A stretch of 62,320 nt of DNA, counting the filler, from Catajapyx aquilonaris (Eukaryota): the NCBI GenBank assembly GCA_000934665.2. It is 4 parts of 4 records of this genome, joined end to end, with 100 filler letters (N's around TTAATTAATTAA, not from the genome) between each part and the next. Parts side by side here need not be neighbours in the genome. Positions count along the whole stretch, not along the records: positions 1 to 15,474 come from JYFJ02007483.1; 3 more parts are not named here. One strand, 5' to 3'. A program made the position numbers and the translations under genes. The notes under the pieces are model-generated. The model saw only the letters and a list, made by a program, of their open reading frames with translations. It searched no databases and was not told where the DNA came from. This document shows positions 1-12,100 of the stretch, piece by piece; positions within the stretch are counted from its first letter, which is position 1; every line of letters begins with the position of its first letter.

Positions 1-725
1 CATTACCCTGATCATTTTAAGTGCCATACAGAAGATATCGTAAGGGGCCATCAATAAGCAATATCAAAATCAAAGTTTTGGGCGCCATCTTTGACTTCAA
101 ATTTTTGGATTTTTCAATTTTGGGTAAGACCATCTCCTGGAGCATAAAAATACCTTTCCCATACGCATATCAAATATAAGATTTGACATGAGCTTCTCCG
201 AGTTATGGTCCACCAAATGAGGTGACCACACTGACGGGACGCGTTTGAAACCAAAAAAGTTATTACTGTTGGCAAATATCGAAAAAGGGTTCTCCAGATT
301 TTTCGGAAATATGAAGTAAACATTGCCCTTGTCATTTTAAGTGCCATTCAAAGGAAGTGGTAGGGGGCCATCAATAAGCAATGTCAAAATCAAAGTTTCT
401 GGCGCCATCTTTGACTTTACATTTTTGGATTTCTTAAAAATGAACACGACCATCTTATAGAGCGTTATATCCCCCTTCAAATGCACATATCAAATGTTAT
501 ATTTGACCTGACCTTCTAGGAGATATGGCCGTCAAAGTGACCGCGAACGTAGCAAAAATGCTCGAAAATGGGCACATTTGACACCCTGTGGTTACGCAAC
601 CACGCAACGCAGAGGTATAATAATTTGGGTTCCTGCATAGGTCGATGAGTAGTACACGTCAATAAATTTTGGTCAAGGTCCTCAAAGATTTGTCGGAAGG
701 TGCTCCGCTTGACGTGGAATGCCTC
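1..725. mobile_element. Partial right arm of a long-TIR non-autonomous DNA transposon (ends ...TTGACGTGGAATGCCTC)
   Basis: Strong similarity to 20240-21563. Internal direct repeat 1-120 vs 322-435. Terminus related to the TIR of 734-2756 and followed by ATAT. Confidence 0.7.
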
Positions 726-733
726 ATATATAT

Positions 734-2756
734 GAGGCATTCCATGTCAACTGGACCCCCCTCCCCGACAAATATTTTCGGATTTCTACAAAAACCGAGT
801 ATGTTGTAGTGCACATGGGTGTGAGCAAGGACCTCTTTTTGTTTGTCCCTGCGACGCGTGGTTGCATATCTACAGGCTGCGAAAGGTGCGGATTTTTGCG
901 GATTTTGGCTCGTCCGCCTTCAGTTGGAAGGCCATAACTTCGGAAGATTGCGACATATCCCAAATATGATTAATGGAATGGGCGGCTATTGTAACACCCT
1001 TTCAGACAGTATGAGTCACGTTCGTAAAGTTTTAAAAATTCATATTAAAGATGGCGTCCAAATGTTTCATTAATTTTTTTTCCGAAATGGACATTTTTAA
1101 AAAATTTTGAATTGCTCTTAAAATGAACCCTACATTGTTTTATTGACATTTCCGTAAAAAAACGAGAGTAGACTCCCGTTATTTAAAAACTCTAAAAGCG
1201 CATACAATAATGTTGCCTCCGTCCGCACTCAGTTGGAGGCCCATAACTGCCAGGAGATTGTTACAAATTCCAAATTTGATTCATGCGTTGGGAAGCTATT
1301 TGAACTCTCTTTCAGACAGTAGGACTCATGCTTGTAAGATATCAAAATTTTGAGTTAAAGATGGTGTCCAAAACTTTGATTTATGTTTTTCTCAGAAATG
1401 GACATTTTTGAAAATTTTTGAATTGCGCTATAAATGAAGCCTGAGATGTTTTCTTGACATTTCCGGAAAAAAACAAGAGTAGACTTTCGATATTTATTGA
1501 CAGGATATATTTTTATAGGGCCCAGTCGCTCGCCCTGCAACGATTTTGGGTCCAGTGTACTTACGCCTTACTACTTCCCCCTCTGTGCATCCCCCATCCC
1601 CCATCCGCCATCCCTCATTTGCTGCACATGGCGCCGAAAACAAGTCACTGACCTGTGGGGGCCCAAGTGCCATTGAGCAGATTCCTTGCCCATATCCTTT
1701 TCTTTATCCGACTATTTTTGGCTGCTAGGCCGGACTGCTCTCAAAACCGCCAAGACCTTAGGGCAGCTAGGTGGTGTTTCCAAGTGTCAATAAAGGATTT
1801 TCGGAATTTTGAGGGGCAGCGACCCGGGTCAAGGTTGTTTTCAAACGCTTTAACTCGAATGCCACAGTGGTCACTCTATTAATGCTCCACAAATCCCCAA
1901 TCAACGACTGCACTGTACACTGGACGTCTGGACCCAAAATCGTTGCAGGGCGAGCGACTGGGATGCGCCCTATAAAAATATATCCTGTCAATAAATATCG
2001 AAAGTCTACTCTTGTTTTTTTCCGGAAATGTGAAGAAAACATCTCAGGCTTCATTTATAGCGCAATTCAAAAATTTTCAAAAATGTCCATTTCTGAGAAA
2101 AACATAAATCAAAGTTTTGGACGCCATCTTTAACTCAAAATTTTGATAACTTACAAACATGAGTCCTACTGTCTGAAAGAGAGTTCAAATAGCTTCCCAA
2201 CGCATAAATCAAATTTGGAATTTGTAGCAATCTCCTGGCAGTTATGGGCCTCCAACTGAGTGCGGACGGAGGCAACATTATTGTATGCGCTTTTAGAGTT
2301 TTTAAATAACGCGAGTCTACTCTCGTTTTTTTACGGAAATGTCAATAAAACAATGTAGGGTTCATTTTAAGAGCAATTCAAAATTTTTTTAAAATGTCCA
2401 TTTCGGAAAAAAAAATTAATGAAGCATTTGGACGCCATCTTTAATATGAATTTTTAAAACTTTACGAACGTGACTCATACTGTCTGAAAGGGTGTTACAA
2501 TAGCCTCCCATTCCATTAATCATATTTGGGATATGTCGCAATCTTCCGAAGTTATGGCCTTCCAACTGAAGGCGGACGGAGCCAAAATCCGCAAAAATCC
2601 GCACCTTTCGCAGCCTGTGGATATGCAACCACGCGTCGCAGGGACAAACAAAAAGAGGTCCTTGCTCACACCCATGTGCACTACAACATACTAGGTTTTT
2701 GGGGAAATCCGAAAATATTTGTCGGGAAGGGGGGTCCAGTTGACATGGAATGCCTC
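734..2756. mobile_element. Foldback-type non-autonomous DNA transposon with ~830 bp TIRs (GAG...CTC termini, ATAT flanks; Sola-like)
   Basis: 734-~1560 is a near-identical reverse complement of ~1915-2756. Termini GAGGCATTCCATGTCAAC / GTTGACATGGAATGCCTC with ATAT on both sides. The mirrored ORFs in the ORF track reflect this symmetry. Confidence 0.85.
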
Positions 2757-2793
<37 letters not shown>

Positions 2794-3538
2794 CTTATGG
2801 GAATGTATCGATTCTAATCAGGGATAGGCAGAGATGGGCATTCCATGGGATATTTTCAAGGTGACCATCAGCTGTGGTAACCTATTTTTGCCGAGATAAT
2901 ATAGCCTATTTTCCTGCTACAAAAATGTTTATACGCATAATATAAGACAATATGAATACCCCAACAGAAATTCTTAGTATATCTCTCCTCCTCCCCCCTA
3001 TCCAAAGAATCACAATGTCACCATTCTTACTGGTGTATGACATTCTATTGCAAATTCTTTTGTCATAGCATTGATATTTTTGTTGACATCCATTATTTCA
3101 CTTGTAACAATCCCTGACACACTTCTGACTTACTACTGCTCCCTAGCCTACATTCCATCTTTATTGCAAAATGACCAAAACACATTCTGGGAGCACACAT
3201 TCAACTGATAGGACACAAACTTGTCAGCTATCACCAGTGGTGTGAAAATAAGAGCAGAGTGTGTTTGTGTGTCACATTCAGAATGGGGAGTTTTTCAAGG
3301 AAGTTGAAAATTTTGTTGGTAAGACTGACACTCTATTTTATTTTAGCTTTCCTTTGCTAAGTTGATTACAGTTAAGTTAGCAAAAACCTAAAGCCAGTGA
3401 AATGATACCGAGTTGCTGACTAGCATATCTTACCAGGCAGATTATGACTTAAACCTGATGGAATTTGCTTACGCGTGATGAAATTTTAAAGACCAATGGT
3501 ATATTAGGATATTTGGACTCAACTTGCCAGTCATTTAA

Positions 3539-4050
3539 CCCTTTTAGGGCTACGTGCCTCATATGAGGTCTGGGGGTTTTTGAACTGGGTGCGCTAGAGT
3601 TTAGACAGAAATGGTGCAGTTTGCGGCTCAAACTGCTCCTACCACCTCGTGGAAGGGGGCTCAACTACCATGGCGTATGCTGATCAATTTTTCCGCCTCC
3701 CAGCGTGAGCTAAACATACCCCTCCCACGGCTTCAGAACAGTGTGTCCCGTAAGTCTGGACTCTCAGGAATTTCTCATAGTACAGTGTTTTAGTATTATT
3801 ATGTAACCATAGTGACCATTTTAATAGCGACTTTAAATTTTTAATAATTTAATTACATTTAAAGTTAATTGCACTTTAAAAAAATCTGGAATACCCTGTA
3901 GATGAATTTTGTGGCATTTTGCATTCAAAAGGACCATGGGTTAAAATGATAAATATTGGAGCATTTATTGTTTTTCATTAAAATCACTCCTACTACAAAT
4001 TTTGGCCAAGAAAATAAAAAACCGGCCCAAAAAACCCTGCTGTCAAAGGG
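3539..4050. mobile_element. piggyBac-like MITE
   Basis: TTAA|CCCTTT ... AAAGGG|TTAA ends. Confidence 0.6.
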
Positions 4051-6107
4051 TTAAGTCATCAAGTGAGGTGGTGCCAGGTGAATATAACTTTAAAATCAGG
4101 AGTGTTATTGTATGGAATGACCCCAAAAACTATGACAGCATAGTCATCTAGGCTTATGAAGTAGAATTTAGTGGCTTTATTTTTTAACATGCCCTGACAG
4201 TACTGCATTTTTTCTTCTTACACACCCAGCATGCCCCACTCCATTCCAAGGTCTCGTACTCAAACGGTAAATGGTGGGATGGTGGTGCTTCCAAACAGAC
4301 GCTGCCCCATCAGCTTTTGCCCCTAATGTGCCCTGAGGATGAGAATCGAGATTCGGAATTAAAACCCACTTTCCTCGGCTCCCACTCACCTCAGCCCCTT
4401 ATTACGGAGGGGCCAAGGCGAGGGTCATATGCAGGGAGCCATGCCTCCAAGAACAACCTGCCTGTTTGCAGGTAGGTTAATTATATGAGGAATTTGCAAA
4501 ATGTTAGTTTTGTACTACTGTTAGTGTAGTGGAGTCACACCATGATTGAGTGCAGGAATTCCTGTTTACCATGGAAAGAAAAAATTAGGTCTCTATTTGC
4601 ACCATATTTGACCATATCTGCACTGTCCATTTTTGTTCAGTGTTTTGTCTGAAGTGCATTAAATTTATGGGTCTTTCTCAGTAAGTTGTGTGAAATGTTT
4701 TGAAATTGTTGCATTTGGATTTTTGTGAATGTCACTTTGCATTGGAGTTTTTGTTCACTAACAGTTACACATTAGTATATTTTTTCTGTGCACCATGATT
4801 TGTGGGATTGTGTGAAAAGTACGGTAACATTTACAGGTATGAGAATTATAGCTAATTTTGGTGGAAGTTTTTAAACGGGTCTTATTTGCTTGGCTCATAA
4901 GCCATGCTTGAACCAGTGTGATTTAAAACGGAAGAATGTATGTTGTCTGCAGGGTTGTATAGATGGGGTGTACAGTCACAAACAAAAAGAGGTACCTAGG
5001 AAAGAAAAAGTGCTCTGTAAACATTACACGACAAGAAAAGTATATTTTCAACACTAGGATGGACACTGTGCCAGGGTGTTCCTGAAAGTGGGTTTCAGTA
5101 TGGTATTCGGTGGGATAACATAAGTAACTAAGTTCCTATTATTTCCTCAGGACTGTACAGTTTGAAAATAATGTATGTAGAATTTTTTTAAGCTGTTGGC
5201 TATTACTGTTCATAATGTAAAACTAGCCTGTTTATCCGTAAATAATTATTTCACCCTACCTATTTTTAACTAAAAGGTTATTGCAAAACCAGCAGAGAAG
5301 TAGAGTTATACTTGCTTCTCAGATCATGAAAAATAGTATGAAATCACTTTTGAACTATTTGTCAAGAAATTGGTTCTTTCAAGAAATGTGTGAAGTGCAT
5401 GTTTAACTGGCATACCAACAGTTTCTTGAGCTTTCTTATCATGGAGGATAGTTTATTCAGCTGTGTTGAAACAAGCCTTACTGAGATATCCTGGTGTCCT
5501 TTTTAATGTCATAAAGGTCAACTTATGACTCAAATTGTGATTGGCCGGAAGAAGTGTCAGTGAATAATCAGCTGTTGATGCAAAGGGAACACTGCTTCCT
5601 GTGTTTATGGTGATGGTTGGGCATCCTTTATCAATGCACAGTTGATTTTGCATATGGTTTGGCTTCTGCAAGTCTTCCAATGGGGTGGCATCACTGGTGT
5701 GAAAGGTAATCTAAAGGGAACTGTGCTTGCACATCTGGGCAGAAATATCAAATTGTGATGTAGGTGTGAGTTCTAAAACTGAAAGGATTTGTGATTAATG
5801 GCACATTGAAGTATCTACTGTAGTTGAAGGATTAATCCTTGAGACAGCTGTGGTATGAGGGGGCTTGCACGGGGAAGTAATATTTGTACTTCAAATTGCC
5901 TGTGAAATGTACCCCACATGCAGTTCAAGATGTTCCCAAGAGTATAACTGGGTACTGGAAATTTGCCCAACGTCCACTTATTTTTGGGCCAAAACAGTAA
6001 ATGGAAATGGCATCGTAGCCAACAATCTCTTGCACTCCAACTCATTACGCAGCACAGTTTGAGGATTGTATTGTGGCATCTAATAATTCTTTTCCCTGTA
6101 ACAACAG

Positions 6108-9100
6108 CACATTGCCTCGAGCAGTGTCCCAGAAGTCTCACAGTCTACCAGCAACTGGGAGCAAGACTTATGACGCTATGTGCAACATTTTGCAAACACT
6201 GCCAGAAGACTTTGCTAGTCAGCTGACTCTCCTTGACTTCTCCACGTACAAAGTAATTGGCCCAGAGGAGCTAAGCAGCTGTGGCTGGACCAAGCGACGA
6301 AAGCAGGAGTTGGCACCCAATGTGGTGGCATTCACACGGCGGTTTAATCATGTCAGCCATAAAAAGACAAGCTAATGAAATTGGTGCCATTCTGTACTGT
6401 TTTTAATATCGTGTTGTATATCTGCAGGTCAGTTTTTGGACAGTGCAAGAAATTCTAAACTGCGAAACTGCAAAGCAGCGGGCAGAAATCTTGTCACATT
6501 TCATCAGAATCTCCAAGAAGTTGTATGAGCTCAATAACTTGCATTCCTTGTTTGCCATTATATCAGCATTACAAAGTGCACCAGTGTACAGGTAATGGCT
6601 CTTACATAAATTCTGTAGCTAAGAATGTAATTCACTTATAAGAATATTTTTTATAGGTTAAGCAAGACATGGGGCCTCCTAAGCAAGAAAGACAAGCTGG
6701 TGTTTGATCGCCTCGCAGAACTCTTTTCTGAGACAAAGAACTGGGAGAAACTACGTGAACATATGGATAGCCTGAAATTACCGTGCATTCCATACCTGGG
6801 TATGTTTTATAAATGTAGTATGTGTCTGGGTAGAGATAACTTTTACTGAATAAATCGAAACAATTTAGATGTGAAAACATTTTAAAAGCCCATCAGGAAT
6901 TTCTTAACAGCTTATTTCAACTCTTAAGAATTTGCCACCTCTTGATATTTTGAAAATACTTTGGTCGAAAAATGGGTTTGGTGTTGAATATGGTTTTATT
7001 TTTGCTACAAGATATCTAATGTCAGTTTCACAAGCTGTATTGAGTTAAACCATTTTTCACATTTTTTACAGGTCTTTTTCTCACTGATTTGGTGTACATT
7101 GACATGGCTCATCCGCACACGGGTGGACTTGAGCCATCTCCACGCCAGCTCAAAATGAACAATATCCTTCGTGTGCTATCAAACTACCAGCAGTCTGATT
7201 ACTCACACCTACCCATCAATATGGATATTCAAAACTACTTACAATCAGTCCGTTACATCGAAGAACTGCAGAAGTTTGTTGAGGAGGACAATTACAAGTG
7301 AGTGGTTTATGTATAGTTTCCCCATTACCCAATTAACCTCATGTTTACCGCTGGATTTTGATATTTTTTCGAGTGTTTCAGTCTATCGTCCACATCAGCA
7401 GTAACAAGATCCAGTACATAAATTTTGATGTTGGGGCATAGGCTAGATGGGCTAGATGTAGTGGAAGTGTCTCAGATGCATCAACTTTGGTTTTGTGTCC
7501 AGAGAGGGCGCGAGCGGGCTCATATGTTCCCACTTGGCCATCAGGTCAGCGCATTGTTCCCTCTACGTGTTTATTTTTCGGCGGCTTGCACGCTCGAAAT
7601 AAGCCAAGATGATGCAATATGATTGCCCCCTCCCTCTGATGGATTATGGAAACATTAAGTGTCTGTTTAAAAAATTTTAAAGGCCCGGTTTAATAGGAGG
7701 TATTGTGAGCCACCAGGTGCAAATAAACAGGTAGCTCAGGTGTTCCAAGCCAACTACCTGTCAGCTCGGAGCAGTGCTGCTGACCAATCAGGAGCAAGTC
7801 TCTTCCCACTGGCTCATGGCGGAGCACGGGAAGGGGAGTAGCCAGGCGTAGCCTTGAGCATTTCATATTTTCATCCGGATTTTTTCTCCCACGAAAAGTT
7901 AGTTAGTCACAGAATTTCGGGATTTTAAAAAATTGTTTTCCGATGCATGTCCACATACTGGGAAAAATGCGGCAGGTAGCTATGTCTAATTAAATTCGTG
8001 CAGTAAGTGTTTGTTTACAATGAACGAGACCTATGACGTCATGCCATTAAAAATATAACTAGGGTTGCATAACCACCCAAGAACATATAAACTATAAGCA
8101 TGTCCTAAGGCCATGATGAAAGAAATTTTCATCTAGGTGATACCAATAAATTGTAAAAAATTGTTATGTGTGGTATGATTATATAATCATGCCAAGGATT
8201 GGGGTCATAGTTTCAAATTAAAATCAAACAACTACATATCAACACCTATTACAACTGAAACTTTATTCAAGTCATGTTGATTGTAATTTTGGTTTCATTC
8301 TATGTAGATTGTCACTAAAGTTGGAGCCAGTATCTCCAGGACCCAGCGCAGCTAGTTCAAAGGAGATGGTGAGTGAAGGTGCCTGGGCACTCAACTTATC
8401 TCCAGCGAAAGGTTCAGGTTCCCTCCGCATCCATACGTCAACTCCAGGGAAATTTATGCCAGGTCATCGCAAGGCATCTAGTCTAGGAAGCAAGTAAGTT
8501 TTGTGGTGTGCTATATGCATGCTTCTTAAATGACTAACAGTGTTGTACAGAATAACTGGACAGTGTGATGTGTGTGCATATGTAATTCTGCACAGTTTTG
8601 TGTATAGAAGCAAGACTTCTGAGTGTTTACACACTGACTGGTAACTTTTTGATATCTTAAATAGTTGGCTATCATTTGCATATGCAATGGGAATTTGCAG
8701 CAAGCAGAGTGATATGAGCAGAGTGAACAGGTACGCATGAGCACTAACACATGAGTGGTACGCTAAGTGGATTTTGAACCGGGTTAAACACTACCACTTG
8801 CACTATTTTTACATGTATTTTATTCAGGTTTTAAAATACAGTAGGACCCCGATTATTATCAGACCGTCCAGCTTCAGCAATAAATCTATGTTTTCTCATG
8901 AAATACTGTAATGCAGGCATACTAAGGATTAGTTTTGTATTGCCTTAGTTAAATTTATTATAAATACACTGCAGCAGAGTGTGTATAAAGGACAAATACT
9001 TGACAATGTCTTAGAAAACCATAACATTGTACATTATTTCATGTTTTTATATGTTTTTGCTGCGTTTCATTCAAGCTTTCTTTGCTTCTCGGATTATCCA

Positions 9101-12100
9101 ACCTTTTTGGTTATCCGACAATGCCCCAGTCCCGTGGGTGATGGATAATCGGGGTTATACTGTATACAAAATGACACCTTACTGTTTTGCACTCAGTGTG
9201 AAGGGGTTTTTTTTTTGTTTAAGATTTATGGTACATATTGGGACTGAATTTTGTAGCTGACATGTATAAAATTGCAATGGTTTTTGCATTTGAGCATCAG
9301 GAGGGGAAAACACTATCAAGGGTGTTGGTCTGCTTATGTGAAAACTGCCATGATCACTTCGTTTACTTCAGCAAATCAGTAACTGGGCCTTTCAGCAAGG
9401 CTAGTCTGACCAAGGTGATTTGCATTAGATTGTACAATTTCACCAGAGTAGAATTCACCTTGGAAACTAGGAATAGTTGAGTGCTGAGTGAATGTTGTCA
9501 GAAGTTCAAATTCATAAACAAATATGGATATAAACCTCACCAGGCTAGTTCATTTCTTAGTTCCTTCTCAGTAGTATGGTGCCAGACAGGAATGGTGAAG
9601 TACTGATGGCCCCATGAACTGATGGGGCAAAAGAGCAAATCAAAGTGACGAATTAGCAACAAATACATCTCTTCATTTCACTCTTCTACCCCAGCGGCTC
9701 ATGGTGTCACCAGCACTTCACCATTCCTGTCCGTCACTGTACAAAAGAATCCAAAGACTGCCATCATTATTTAATAATGATGGCAGTCTTTGGATTCTTC
9801 GGGTGTTCAGTACACTAACGCGGCAACAACACAAGCTGATCATCTCCCACTTTTCTTCAAACTGGTCTTATTTGAACACAGATCCACATCATCCTATTAC
9901 ACATTCGGCCCTTTGACGAAGAAACCCAATTCCGAATAGTTATTGAGCAGAAAAATTTTAAACATGTTTTTAATGGTTTTTAATTTTTTGCAGAGTACTG
10001 AAGGAGAATTCTGTAAAAGTGTAAATGGTAGGAATGCAATTGATGACGGTGGGGATCTGTGTTCAAAATTTCGAAGCTCTACCTGCAGCGGAATTTGTGT
10101 TAGGGCAAATTTTAAAAAACGTAACAAGACATTGGAAAAATTCATTGTTGAAATATTGCATATTCGGTCTTTTTATTAATAGTCAACACTGGTATAGGAA
10201 CAATAGAATGACAATCATGTCCAAGATTACATTACATAAACTACTCCTGTCAAAAAAAATAAACAAATAATACACACATCTATACAATGATTAATGTTGC
10301 TCCTCTCCAGTCATATGAGCGATGTATGCCTTTCTGCTCCAGCTTATCACCTCTGACACACACAGCTTCCTGAACAGCCGCAGATATGATCGGCTGCACA
10401 GTCTCCTGATAATCTTGTCGTTCGCTGGGTCCCATGACCCCAGTGATCCCACGATTATCGCCTGTACCGACATTATTTATTATATATTATTTATTATAAT
10501 AACTAAGTTATAATAATAACTAAGTTATTATAATAATAATAAAGTGATGATGATGATGATGATGATGAAAAAGGAATATTGCAGGGTCCCCACAAGTCTC
10601 ATGGCGATTACTAAGCAAAGTGGCCAAGCCCATGAGGCCTGCAGAGAGTTTGTTTACGTGATGAATCCTACCATATCTCCCAATGTCATATGAAGCAACC
10701 TGAGCTGAAATTTTTCATCACATGTAACTCCCAAGCCGATGCCCATTGGCATGCACAGGAACTTGGTCATGAAGAATAATTTTTCTTTTGTATTAGGTCG
10801 CTGTGGAGTCAAAACCACGTAACTCGAATAATACTAATTTTTCAGGAGAGCAAAAAAACCGAATAAAAAAATTACACTTGCATTGAGATTTAATTGCGTC
10901 ACCTGGCCACATCTTCGCTCCTATTGGGCAAAAAATGATGGCAGAAGCAGTGCAAAATGCCAGATTTTCATAATCAAAAACCCGCAATCAGCCGAAAAGC
11001 GAGTTACGAGGTTTTGACTCCACAGCTAAGATTAATTTTCATAATTGAATAAGATTTGTTGCAGGAAAATCTGAGATAATCACATTGCGTTGTTGCCTTG
11101 TAAGGTTAACAGCCAGCCATATTGAATAACGTGGAAATTGGTTGTTATCTATATTCATATGAGGTACTTTTCCTACGCTCTAAATACATGCATATCAAAG
11201 AATGGTGTGTGTGGCATAGTTAGGTACAATTGGATTGAGAATAATGGTGATAGGGGAACTTGGTGCAGTAATTTTGCAGCATAATGTTACTTGAGCAGGT
11301 TTGGGACTGTAAAGCAAAATTTACTTTCTCTCCCTTATTATGCAGTGATTCCAATTGAAATGTTTTTAGTGGTTAGCAATTATTCACAATAAAGCTGCAT
11401 ATTGTTAAGCATCTGCTTTCAAAGAGTTACTTTTCACATATGGGCATTTTTGCGATAGAGCGGACTTGAAGCGGCAATATATTTTTTTGTTGAATACTGC
11501 GTTTGATCACACCAATCAGATTCTCAGAATCTCTACTATTATAAACAATGCCAACCTTAAAATTGCCCAGTGTTGCTGTTCTTTGGCACCAGCTGCTCAT
11601 ACGTTCAACTGTGCGCGCAGACGGCCTTTTGGTGTCTGGGGACACGCATGGCTTTTGGTGCCTTTGTAAGCATTGCCATTCATTCGATCACTTCTCAAGC
11701 GTGCCCTGTTGGATGCAGCTTGATGTCCTCTTTCGATTGATGTGCTTAAATTGTCGGAGGTGATCTCTCTGTGCGTCAGTTTCAGTAACTAACCGGAGTC
11801 ATCCGAAAGCTTTGGTTCGTTACCAAAAACTACAAAAAATTTCAGTACGCACCCTATACCAATGATTTGGAGCGTCAAACAGCGCAAACTTCAGTGGGAG
11901 TCGTGCAATGCAGCAGTGTGCAAAGATTCAGCCCAATACCATACCTTCATGTATTTATTTGGACGTAACGAACCCAGGCATTTTCCTGCCACCAAGCGCA
12001 CTCCCTCCGATCTCTGCTCAGATAGTAAGCAAATCTACGGCCAAAAATGCAGAAATTTTTATGTAATGGATTTCAATGGCGCTGATTTCAGATTCGATAT

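Noticed and set aside
114..2864. Many mirrored short ORFs
   Set aside because: Produced by the long inverted repeats; no transposase motifs.
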